DNA of 64,000 nucleotides, taken from Pseudomonadota bacterium (GTDB lineage Bacteria > Pseudomonadota > Alphaproteobacteria > Rs-D84). A model generated the notes under the pieces. It saw nothing but the letters and a program-made list of their open reading frames with translations, did not search any database and had not been told where the DNA came from. Positions 29,371 through 37,752 of this stretch are shown piece after piece. The position numbers and the translations under genes are program-made. Every line of letters starts with the position of its first letter. Position 1 is the first letter of the stretch. The stretch is taken from assembly GCA_023402015.1 (NCBI GenBank), contig JAEXCU010000015.1, forward strand, positions 67,879 to 131,878. Direction: 5' to 3'.

Positions 29371-29991
29371 ATGGAACGTATATTAGATAAATTTGAACAA
29401 TTAAAAAATTGGTCGCGCAGACCGCGTACTAAAAAAAGACTGTACGTTGTTTTTGTTGCGATTCTGGTGCTGTGGGTTGCGTATCGCTTTGTGATGATTG
29501 GTATTGAAAACCGGTTGTTTGTATTTAATCCGGCCCGTATGGCCACGGAAACTGGCATTGTGGTTGATGTTCAAAATGCAAAAAAACAAACCGGCACATT
29601 ACAAGAACCATTGACGGTTAAAAACAATCGTGCGTTGGTTTCCGGTGCGCGTGCCCAAACACTGCGGGCGGGTCAACGTGTGGGCGACGGTGTTATCGTT
29701 TCTGTTTCCGCCAATATTGATTTGGATACCGGTATGCATGTTGTTCGTACACGTGGCGTGTCAGACGGATTAAACTTTGCAGAATATCAAACATCGGGAT
29801 ATTTTGTTCCGTCGTATGCCGTTGTTAATGATACGGTTTATGTGATTTCTGATGGCGTGGCCACCGCGCGCCCGGTCCATGTATCGCGCAGTGATGCAGA
29901 TACAACCGTCATCACAGACGGATTAACCGACGGCGATGTTATAATATTGTCGCGCGTTGATGACGGCGCAAAAGTTAGAATAAAAAAATAA
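29371..29991 (+). CDS. short periplasmic-adaptor-like protein (206 aa) of the efflux operon
   Basis: It has an N-terminal TM anchor and a beta-rich body. Its position between tolC and the RND pump matches an adaptor. It is much shorter than canonical adaptors. Confidence 0.55.
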   Translation: MERILDKFEQLKNWSRRPRTKKRLYVVFVAILVLWVAYRFVMIGIENRLFVFNPARMATETGIVVDVQNAKKQTGTLQEPLTVKNNRALVSGARAQTLRAGQRVGDGVIVSVSANIDLDTGMHVVRTRGVSDGLNFAEYQTSGYFVPSYAVVNDTVYVISDGVATARPVHVSRSDADTTVITDGLTDGDVIILSRVDDGAKVRIKK

Positions 29992-30018
29992 TCTGATTTC
30001 AAGGATAGGAGAAATTAA

Positions 30019-33000
30019 ATGCTGAAATTCTTCGTAAGCAGACCCATCACTACGCTGATGTTTGTATTGTTTTGGGTTGTTTTGGGATTGGTGTCTTTCC
30101 CAAAAATGAACATTGAACGTACGCCGTCATTGGACTTTCCCATGGTTACGGCCACATTTGTTTATCCGGGCGCGGAACCTGCGGAAATAGAATCCCAGGT
30201 TATTAAAAAGGCCGAAGATGCAATATCCGAGGTTGCCGGATTAAAGAAAATAACATCCCAGGCATTCGAGAACGGCGGGTATGTTATGGCTGAATTCAAC
30301 CTGGGCGTGAATGTTAACGACAAAGCGTCCGAGGTTAAAACCAAAATTGACGCGTTGGCATCGGAATTTCCAGATGATTTAAAACAACCTGTGGTTGAAA
30401 AATTGAATCCATTACAAGAATCTGTGGTGGACATCGTTTTGCGTGGTGCAGATGCGCGTGATTTAGAAGAATATGTTGATAACACATTGGCCACAAAAAT
30501 CACCGCGATAAATGGTGTTGCCAGTGTATCTGTTTTCGGTGGTCGCGAACGCGCGGTTCGCATTCAAATGGACCCGGATCAAATGGCGGCCCGTGGCGTT
30601 ACAATTATGGATATTGTATCTGCGCTGGGGAATAAAAACCTGAACGTGCCTGGCGGTAAAATTGAAAGTGGAACCGCATCGTCCAACGTGCGCTTTATTG
30701 GTGAATTTGCCATGGTTGATGAAATTGAAAACCTGCAAATCGTTACCATGGAAGGCCAAAAGTTCAAAGTATCAGATGTTGCCACCGTGGTGGATGCCGC
30801 GCGCGATATTGAAACCGGTGCACGTTATAACGGCCAAGACGTCGTGGTTGCATCCGTGGTCAAGGCATCTGACGGTAATGCAATTAAAATTTCCAACGCA
30901 TTGCGCGAAAAATTGCCTGATTTCCAGGCGGACATGCAGGCCCGTTTCCCAAATGCAGAAATGCAGATTGTGTCCGATTCATCCATTTCAATTGCTGATG
31001 AAACATACAGCACAATTTGGGGTATCGTACTGGGGATTATATTCACGATTTTGGTTTTGTTGGCGTTTACACGCAACTGGCGTTCCACAATTATTGCGGG
31101 TGCGGTTATTCCGGCGTCCTTGATTGCGGGATTCTTCTTTATGGATGCCAATGGATTTACAATCAATGCGATGACGTTGTTGGCGTATTCATCTGCGCTG
31201 GGGACGTTGGTGTCTAATGCGATTATTCTGATTGAGTCTGCATTACAGGAAATGCACAAAGGTAAAAATCCAGAAAACGCCGCAATTGACGGTACCAAGA
31301 AAGTCGCGGTTTCCGTTTTGGCGGGCGTTGGAACAAACGTTGTTGTGTTCTTGCCGTTGGCATTTATGGGCGGAATTGCGGGTCAATTCATGTCCCAGTT
31401 TGGTATGACGGTTGTGTATTTAACATTGTTATCATTGATGTTCTCTTTCACGTTGGCACCAATGATGATTGCAAAATTCCTGCGTCTGACCGCGCCGGTT
31501 GATAAAAAATCACCGGTTGCAAATGATGCACCGGTGCCGGTTGAAAAGACGCCGTTGCGTCAATGGTTTGATTTTCAATTTCGTCGTCCGGGATTGGTTG
31601 TTGGTGGTGCATTCGTGATTTTAATTGCATCTGCCATGTTGATGAAATTCGTCGGTAATGAATTTACACCGTCAACCGATACAAATGAAATCACCATAAC
31701 GGCGCGCGCGCCAATGGGTGCAACATTTGAAAAATCGCAACATATTGCCGAACAAATAGAAGATGTTTTGGCCCAATTCCCAGATGTCAAGGCGACGACT
31801 GTGAAAATCGGTGAACGCGGTTTGCAAAATATTACAGTAAAACTGGAATTGCAAGAATTGGGCCCGCGCAAGATTTCCGACAAACAATTGGCACGTGATA
31901 TTCTGCCCCGTTTGGCGGAAATTCCCGATACAGAATTTCAAATCAAGGCCGGTGCCGGAATGTCTTCGTCAATTTCATCGGATATGGTGTTAAATATTTA
32001 CGGTGAAGATGACGCAAAACGCGGGGCGTATGCAGACCAGATTCTGAAAATGATAAATGAAATTCCAGAAGTGCAAACGGCCGTCTTTGCGGTATTGCCA
32101 CCCAACAATGAAATTCAATTTGTGGCGGACCAGGCGAAAATGAATTTCTGGGGAGTGTCCAATGCATATGCTGGCGCGGCATTGCGCGCGGCCCTGTATG
32201 GCAACGACGATTACAAATACAAAGAACGCGGCGAAGAATATCCAATTATTGTTGAATTTGCCAAACCGTTTAAAAATGGTGCATTGTTTGACAATGTGTA
32301 TGTAAATTCACAAAAGGGTATGGTTTCAGTATCTGAATTGGGTGAAATCAAACGCCTGCCTGCGACGCCAAACATTAATCGTTTGGATAAAAACAGAATT
32401 ACCGAAATTGACATTAATATCGGTAAATCCACAATGGGGCCTGTTCAGCAAAAAATTCAGGCCGGTCTGGATGAAATGGAATGGGAAATGGGATATTATG
32501 CCGAATTTGGTGGAATGTCTGAAACCCAGGATGAAACAACCGGTGAAATCGGCCAGGCGTTCTTGCTGGCAACAATTCTGACGTTCATGTTGTTGGCGGC
32601 GATATTGAATTCACTGGTTCATCCGTTTACCATTGCAACGTCCATTATCACCAGTTTTGCCGGCGTGTTCATCATGCTGTTCCTGTCGGGGGCATCAATG
32701 AACGTTGGGGCCATGTTGGCGTTCGTTATGTTGGTCGGATTGGTGGTTAACAATAACATTTTGGTGTTGGAACCAACGATTAAGCGAATATCCGAAGGTG
32801 CGGTCCCACGCGTTGCATTGTGGACAGAATTAACAGATAAAAAGAACATGGTGTTAATGACATCTATCGCGGTTGTAACGGGTATGTTGCCCCAGTTATG
32901 GTCAACCGACGGTATGAAGGTCGCCATGGCGGCGGTTATGATTGGTGGTATGTTGGCATCCCTGGTGTGGACATTTACATTAACACCCGCGCTGTTCTTC

Positions 33001-33084
33001 TTATTGGAAGGTTTGCGCGAACGGGTCAAAGCAAAACGCCGCGTTCATAAAATCGCACGCAAAACCAAGAAAGTGAAAAAATAA
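30019..33084 (+). CDS. RND-family efflux transporter permease (AcrB-like)
   Basis: A 1021-aa protein with a 12-TM layout, two large periplasmic loops and an AcrB-type N-terminus. Confidence 0.9.
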   Translation: MLKFFVSRPITTLMFVLFWVVLGLVSFPKMNIERTPSLDFPMVTATFVYPGAEPAEIESQVIKKAEDAISEVAGLKKITSQAFENGGYVMAEFNLGVNVNDKASEVKTKIDALASEFPDDLKQPVVEKLNPLQESVVDIVLRGADARDLEEYVDNTLATKITAINGVASVSVFGGRERAVRIQMDPDQMAARGVTIMDIVSALGNKNLNVPGGKIESGTASSNVRFIGEFAMVDEIENLQIVTMEGQKFKVSDVATVVDAARDIETGARYNGQDVVVASVVKASDGNAIKISNALREKLPDFQADMQARFPNAEMQIVSDSSISIADETYSTIWGIVLGIIFTILVLLAFTRNWRSTIIAGAVIPASLIAGFFFMDANGFTINAMTLLAYSSALGTLVSNAIILIESALQEMHKGKNPENAAIDGTKKVAVSVLAGVGTNVVVFLPLAFMGGIAGQFMSQFGMTVVYLTLLSLMFSFTLAPMMIAKFLRLTAPVDKKSPVANDAPVPVEKTPLRQWFDFQFRRPGLVVGGAFVILIASAMLMKFVGNEFTPSTDTNEITITARAPMGATFEKSQHIAEQIEDVLAQFPDVKATTVKIGERGLQNITVKLELQELGPRKISDKQLARDILPRLAEIPDTEFQIKAGAGMSSSISSDMVLNIYGEDDAKRGAYADQILKMINEIPEVQTAVFAVLPPNNEIQFVADQAKMNFWGVSNAYAGAALRAALYGNDDYKYKERGEEYPIIVEFAKPFKNGALFDNVYVNSQKGMVSVSELGEIKRLPATPNINRLDKNRITEIDINIGKSTMGPVQQKIQAGLDEMEWEMGYYAEFGGMSETQDETTGEIGQAFLLATILTFMLLAAILNSLVHPFTIATSIITSFAGVFIMLFLSGASMNVGAMLAFVMLVGLVVNNNILVLEPTIKRISEGAVPRVALWTELTDKKNMVLMTSIAVVTGMLPQLWSTDGMKVAMAAVMIGGMLASLVWTFTLTPALFFLLEGLRERVKAKRRVHKIARKTKKVKK

Positions 33085-33088
33085 AGAA

Positions 33089-33106
33089 ATGGGGCCACGG
33101 CCCCAT
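33089..33106. terminator. Bidirectional terminator ATGGGGC-CACG-GCCCCAT
   Basis: A perfect 7-bp stem between convergent genes, flanked by A/T runs. Confidence 0.7.
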
Positions 33107-33108
33107 TT

Positions 33109-33579
33109 TTAATTGCTGTAATAACAGTTGGACGTGTATGTAAAACTGCCCGACGAATCTGAACCGGTGGTACCGACGGCCAGATAACATTCTGTTATTG
33201 ATGTTGCGCCACTGGTCGCGGTCGTGCCATAAACGCCGCCTGACGATGGACATCGCGTGCATGTTTTATCAAGACGTGTGGGGACCCCGTAATAACCGAC
33301 CGCGCATTTGTACGATATTATGTTTGCGCATTCTGCATATGCAGTATTGTTTTCACATTTTGTGGATTTTTTCTTGGTATTAATTTCTATTACACCGCCA
33401 GACAGTGTGGTTTCGGTTGTGCCACTGCAATTACAAATACTGCTGTTGGTGCAACTGCTGTCATATGTCGGGGATGTACCACCCACCAATGCCGGACAAA
33501 CATTTCCGCAACAATTAAACGCCGCAAATGCATGGTTGCCAAAACCGCATATTGCGGTGGCGATTATAATTTTCTTCAT
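33109..33579 (-). CDS. Cys-rich secreted protein (156 aa)
   Basis: Signal peptide MKKIIIATAICGFGNHAFA and 16 Cys in the mature part. It contains the motif CAVGYYG...CTRCPSSGGVYG...GATSITECY. The SD is GGAGG. Confidence 0.7.
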   Translation of the reverse strand: MKKIIIATAICGFGNHAFAAFNCCGNVCPALVGGTSPTYDSSCTNSSICNCSGTTETTLSGGVIEINTKKKSTKCENNTAYAECANIISYKCAVGYYGVPTRLDKTCTRCPSSGGVYGTTATSGATSITECYLAVGTTGSDSSGSFTYTSNCYYSN

Positions 33580-33775
33580 TTCTAACCTCCGTTTTTTTCA
33601 TAAAGAAAACCACCAGAAATTCAGGTGGTTGGAGGTTAGCGACTATCTTGTAAATAGTGGTGGTATTTGGTATTTCCACACCCTCCAACCAGTGGTTGGA
33701 GATTAAAAAATGCACCACATAACGCCGCGGATGCCTGCGTACAAGAATGGGTCGCTAAACCCCGTTATCAGAATA
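33580..33775 (-). promoter_or_regulatory. Structured 5' leader with intrinsic terminator (copy 2 of the leader family)
   Basis: All elements read on the minus strand. Candidate promoter TTGCAC, 17 nt, TATGAT. Hairpin 33683-33701. Small hairpin 33642-33658. Terminator AACCACC/GGTGGTT at 33608-33630. Anti-SD 33631-38 pairs with SD 33583-90. Confidence 0.6.
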
Positions 33776-33878
33776 CCTGACAACATTTTTATCATAACAA
33801 TATAAAATTTGCGGTGCAAGCAAAAGGTTGCTATAATGCATGCGTGAATAAATGCTTAACATAAAAAGGGTTTATAAT

Positions 33879-34481
33879 ATGTTAGAAAAATCAGATATTG
33901 TCGTTTTTGATTTTGACGGAACTTTGTCCGCCGGCGATTCAAATGTGGAATTTGCAAAATATTGTTTTAAACATTCAATTCGGCCATGGTTTTATTTACC
34001 ATTAATGGGGGTTGCGGGTATTGCACGTTTATTTAAGCCGGCCGGCGTTTGGTGGCGTGAAAATATTCGTCGTTTTCTGACCGCGGACATGGTGAATAAA
34101 TTCGCGCCCGATTTTATAAAACAACACCGGCGTGAACGTTTTGGCTGGTCCAAAGAACAGGTCGCGGCCGAACGCGCGGCGGGTCGCCGTGTTATATTAA
34201 TATCGGCCAGTCCGAATTACCTGTTGGAACCATTGGTGCGCGATATAAAATTTGATGCCGTGTTGTGTTCACAAATGGATGCCACGCGTCCATGGAAATA
34301 TAAATTCCTGTGTTGGGGTGAAAACAAAGTTCGCGCCATGGATGAATGGGCGAAAAAGAACAGAATTATTCCGCGTGTTGTGCGTTCTTATTCTGATTCT
34401 AAATCCGATATGCCGTTAATGGAAATCGCATCAGAGCAGGTTTGGGTTGATCGCAAAACGGGGTTAAGAAAACAGCCCTAG
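33879..34481 (+). CDS. HAD-IB family hydrolase
   Basis: Motif I is VVFDFDGTL and the SDSKSD motif is present. ATG 33879 has an AAAGGG RBS. The alternative ATG 33852 would be almost leaderless. Confidence 0.75.
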   Translation: MLEKSDIVVFDFDGTLSAGDSNVEFAKYCFKHSIRPWFYLPLMGVAGIARLFKPAGVWWRENIRRFLTADMVNKFAPDFIKQHRRERFGWSKEQVAAERAAGRRVILISASPNYLLEPLVRDIKFDAVLCSQMDATRPWKYKFLCWGENKVRAMDEWAKKNRIIPRVVRSYSDSKSDMPLMEIASEQVWVDRKTGLRKQP

Positions 34482-34514
34482 TGCAATCTGAACCGCGTGG
34501 TGTATAATAACCGC

Positions 34515-34766
34515 ATGGTTATAACAGATGTGATATATGATTTGACCGTCGGCGTTTTGGGTGCGGTTTTGGGCGCACTGATAATGTTGATGTTTGGACG
34601 TAAAAAGACCAAACGTCTGTCCAATGAAATTGTGTTAAGTCGCAAAGATTTGGAAAATCTGCGCCTGGAAAACAACCATTTGATTGAAACGATAAAAGAC
34701 CGTGAAAATCAAATTTTGGATTTACAGAAAAAAATTCTGAATAAAAAAGCAAAAACGGGGAAATAA
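34515..34766 (+). CDS. small membrane-anchored coiled-coil protein (83 aa)
   Basis: One TM helix followed by the heptad-like LENLRLENNHLIETIKDRENQILDLQKKIL. Confidence 0.45.
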   Translation: MVITDVIYDLTVGVLGAVLGALIMLMFGRKKTKRLSNEIVLSRKDLENLRLENNHLIETIKDRENQILDLQKKILNKKAKTGK

Positions 34767-34782
34767 AATTCCCCGTTTTTTA
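34755..34782. terminator. Bidirectional terminator ACGGGG-AAATAAAATT-CCCCGT
   Basis: A stem with flanking A and T runs, overlapping both stop codons. Confidence 0.65.
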
Positions 34783-35661
34783 TTGGTCTTCGCCGAAATC
34801 CATATTACGCAGTGATGTTGCGCGTGGATTAATTTTATCTATGGATGTTTGCAAATCTTTGATATCTGTCGCCGCCAGGTTAAAGTGTTGTTGCACTTTG
34901 CCCGCACGGTCGGATAGGCGTGATAAATCCGTCAGCAATAAATCCAATTCCCGTTTAATCTTGGTGGCGACGCGTTTGATTTTTATATCGGACAGCACTG
35001 CGCGTATCGTGTTTAATGTTGCCCATAATGTGGACGGGGAAACAATAAATACTTTGCGTCGTGCGGCATAATCCACGGTTGCGCCAAATTCACGATGCAG
35101 CATTTCAAATATTGATTCGGATGCAATAAACATCATTGCCGATTCCGCGGTTGTGCCCGGAATAATATATTTTTCTGCAATTGCATCAATATGTTTGCGC
35201 ACGTCCAGTTCAAACTGTTTGCGCGCCATACCGTCATCGGGTGCGGCCTGCATGCGGTTAAAACTTTCCAGTGGGAATTTGCTGTCAATTACCATGTCGC
35301 CCGGCGGATATGGCAGGCGGATTACACAATCCGGTCGTACGCCCGTGTTTAAAACGCACTGAAATGCGAATGTTTCCGGCGGCATGATATCCGAAACCAA
35401 ATCTTCCAGTTGGCGTTCGCCAAATGTTCCGCGCGCCTGTTTATTGCCCATCAGGATGTTCTTAAAGTTTGCAATATCGCCACTGATGTTTTTCAATTCG
35501 TTGGCATTTTGCGACAATGCCCCCAGACGTTCCGCCAAACGTTCACGCAGGCGTGCATTATCTTCGCGCAGGGCCGAAATATCCACCGTTGGCCGCCGCA
35601 TTAATAATGCCAGCAACAATGCAATAATTATAAACAGCAATACAAAAATATAAGTTGTCAT
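34780..35661 (-). CDS. rmuC: DNA recombination protein RmuC (short form)
   Basis: An N-terminal TM helix and coiled coil, then the RmuC nuclease-like core (PDCVIRLP...VIDSKFPLESF...FIASESIF...VSPSTLWATL). Confidence 0.8.
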   Translation of the reverse strand: MTTYIFVLLFIIIALLLALLMRRPTVDISALREDNARLRERLAERLGALSQNANELKNISGDIANFKNILMGNKQARGTFGERQLEDLVSDIMPPETFAFQCVLNTGVRPDCVIRLPYPPGDMVIDSKFPLESFNRMQAAPDDGMARKQFELDVRKHIDAIAEKYIIPGTTAESAMMFIASESIFEMLHREFGATVDYAARRKVFIVSPSTLWATLNTIRAVLSDIKIKRVATKIKRELDLLLTDLSRLSDRAGKVQQHFNLAATDIKDLQTSIDKINPRATSLRNMDFGEDQ

Positions 35662-35702
35662 TTCCCAATCCTTTGATAAAATCATTATAAAAGGATTTAT
35701 AG

Positions 35703-36206
35703 ATGTTGCAAATGAAACTTTGCGGGGATTTGGTTTTGCGCGAAAAATGCGCGCCGATTACTGAAATTACCCCGGAAATATTAACAACACTGGATGAAAT
35801 GGTGCAAATGATGCACGACCAGAATGGTGTCGGCCTGGCCGCGCCCCAGGTTGGCATATTACAACGGTTCTTGGTTATGATGGACCCGGATACAAATACT
35901 GTTTTTAAAATGCTGAATCCGAAAATTTTATCACGCAGTGATGATGTTTGCAAAATGGAAGAAGGATGCTTGTCCGTTCTGGGACCGGATAATTTGCCGG
36001 TGTATTCCAACGTATCGCGTCCTAAATCGGTTCAGGTTGAATGGAACAATGAAAACGGCGATTTAATGCGCGCGGAAATGTCCGGATTGCCGGCCCGCAT
36101 TGTTCAGCATGAAACAGACCATTTAAACGGCGTGTTGTTTATTGATTATCTGTCCCCGGTTCATCGCGAAATGGTTATGCGCAAAGTGCGGAGGCACAAA
36201 TCATGA
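35703..36206 (+). CDS. def: peptide deformylase
   Basis: Motifs GVGLAAPQVG, EGCLSV and HETDHLNG. Confidence 0.95.
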   Translation: MLQMKLCGDLVLREKCAPITEITPEILTTLDEMVQMMHDQNGVGLAAPQVGILQRFLVMMDPDTNTVFKMLNPKILSRSDDVCKMEEGCLSVLGPDNLPVYSNVSRPKSVQVEWNNENGDLMRAEMSGLPARIVQHETDHLNGVLFIDYLSPVHREMVMRKVRRHKS

Positions 36207-37009
36207 AATTGGTCTTGATGGGAACACCGCAATTTGTTGTTCCGATTTTTGACAATATTCTGCGTTCCGGTCATGAAATCTTGGCCGTATTTACCCGTGC
36301 GCCGAAGCCCGTTGGACGGAAACAGGTTTTAACCCCGTCCCCGGTGCACGATTGGGCGGTAAAAAACAATTTGCCCGTTTACACCAATATTGGCGATTAT
36401 AATTTTTCACCCGATATGGTTGTGGTTATTTCGTATGGTGTAATTTTACGCGACAATGTTTTAAATTCTGCGCCATGCGTTAACATTCACCCCAGTGATT
36501 TACCCAAATACCGTGGGCCATCCCCAATTCGTACGGCCATTTATAATGGCGATGCGAAATCTGCCGTATGCCTGATGAAAATCACGCCTGAATTGGACGG
36601 GGGTGATATATACATGCGCCGTGAATTCGCCATTGGCCCCGATGATACGAATGATATAATTGAAAAACGTGTGTCAGACATCGCATCAGAAATGTTGTTG
36701 GAATATTTGGCCGCGCCGGAAGAATTTCCACCACACCCGCAATCGGGCGATGCAACATATACACATAAATGGAACGGCAATGATGAAATCATTGATTGGT
36801 CCCGTACGCCACACGAAATCCATAACCAGATTCGCGCACTGGGTGCGGGGCGCACGCAGATAAATGGCGTGGATGTAAAAATTCTGGAAACAAAAATTGT
36901 AAACGACAAATTGGAAATTTTGCGGATTCAGCCCGCGGGTAAACGGCCCATGGATTGGACAAGTTTCGTAAACGGCCTGCGTGGCGCGCCAATTGAATTT
37001 GGAAAATAA
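36203..37009 (+). CDS. fmt: methionyl-tRNA formyltransferase
   Basis: Motif NIHPSDLPKYRGPSPI. It overlaps the def stop codon and is somewhat short at 268 aa. Confidence 0.85.
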   Translation: MKLVLMGTPQFVVPIFDNILRSGHEILAVFTRAPKPVGRKQVLTPSPVHDWAVKNNLPVYTNIGDYNFSPDMVVVISYGVILRDNVLNSAPCVNIHPSDLPKYRGPSPIRTAIYNGDAKSAVCLMKITPELDGGDIYMRREFAIGPDDTNDIIEKRVSDIASEMLLEYLAAPEEFPPHPQSGDATYTHKWNGNDEIIDWSRTPHEIHNQIRALGAGRTQINGVDVKILETKIVNDKLEILRIQPAGKRPMDWTSFVNGLRGAPIEFGK

Positions 37010-37752
37010 TGACACGATACAGATTAATTCTTGAATACGACGGCACAGATTTAATCGGGTGGCAGGAAAACCGCCAGGGCCCGTCTGTTCAATCATTGGT
37101 TCGGGATGCGATTTTTTCGTTCTGTGGCACGCGGCCGGATGTTGTTGCCGCCGGACGGACGGATGCGGGTGTTCATGCGGTTGCAATGGTTGCGCATTTT
37201 GATTTACCGAATGACGTAGATGCGGAAACCGTTATGCGGGCGTTGAACTTTTACCTGGCCAATGCACCGGTTTCCGTTTTGGATTGCGCGGTTGTACCGG
37301 ATGATTTTAACGCACGATTTGATTGCATTGCCCGCCATTACAAATATGTTGTTTTAAATCGGCGCGCGGCACCGGTATTGAACCGAAATCGTGTCTGGTG
37401 GGTTCCGCGGCCATTAAATTTGCGTGCGATGCGCGCGGCCGCAAAACAATTAATTGGTCAACACGATTTCACCAGTTTTCGCGCCACCCAATGCCAGGCA
37501 CGCAGTCCGATTAAAACCCTGGATAAATGCAAGATTACCTGCCGCGGCGATGAAATCATATTTGAATTTTCTGCGCGGTCATTCCTGCATCATCAGGTGC
37601 GCAATATTGTTGGGACTTTGGTTGAAATTGGGTTGGGCAAACCATATAATATCGCGGAAATATTTGCGGCCCGTAATCGCAGTGCCGCCGGACCAACCGC
37701 GCCGGCATCGGGTTTATATTTTATGGCCGCGGATTATGCCAATAACGATTAG
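37009..37752 (+). CDS. truA: tRNA pseudouridine(38-40) synthase TruA
   Basis: Motifs RYRLILEYDGT..GWQ and GRTDAGVHA. Confidence 0.9.
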   Translation: MTRYRLILEYDGTDLIGWQENRQGPSVQSLVRDAIFSFCGTRPDVVAAGRTDAGVHAVAMVAHFDLPNDVDAETVMRALNFYLANAPVSVLDCAVVPDDFNARFDCIARHYKYVVLNRRAAPVLNRNRVWWVPRPLNLRAMRAAAKQLIGQHDFTSFRATQCQARSPIKTLDKCKITCRGDEIIFEFSARSFLHHQVRNIVGTLVEIGLGKPYNIAEIFAARNRSAAGPTAPASGLYFMAADYANND

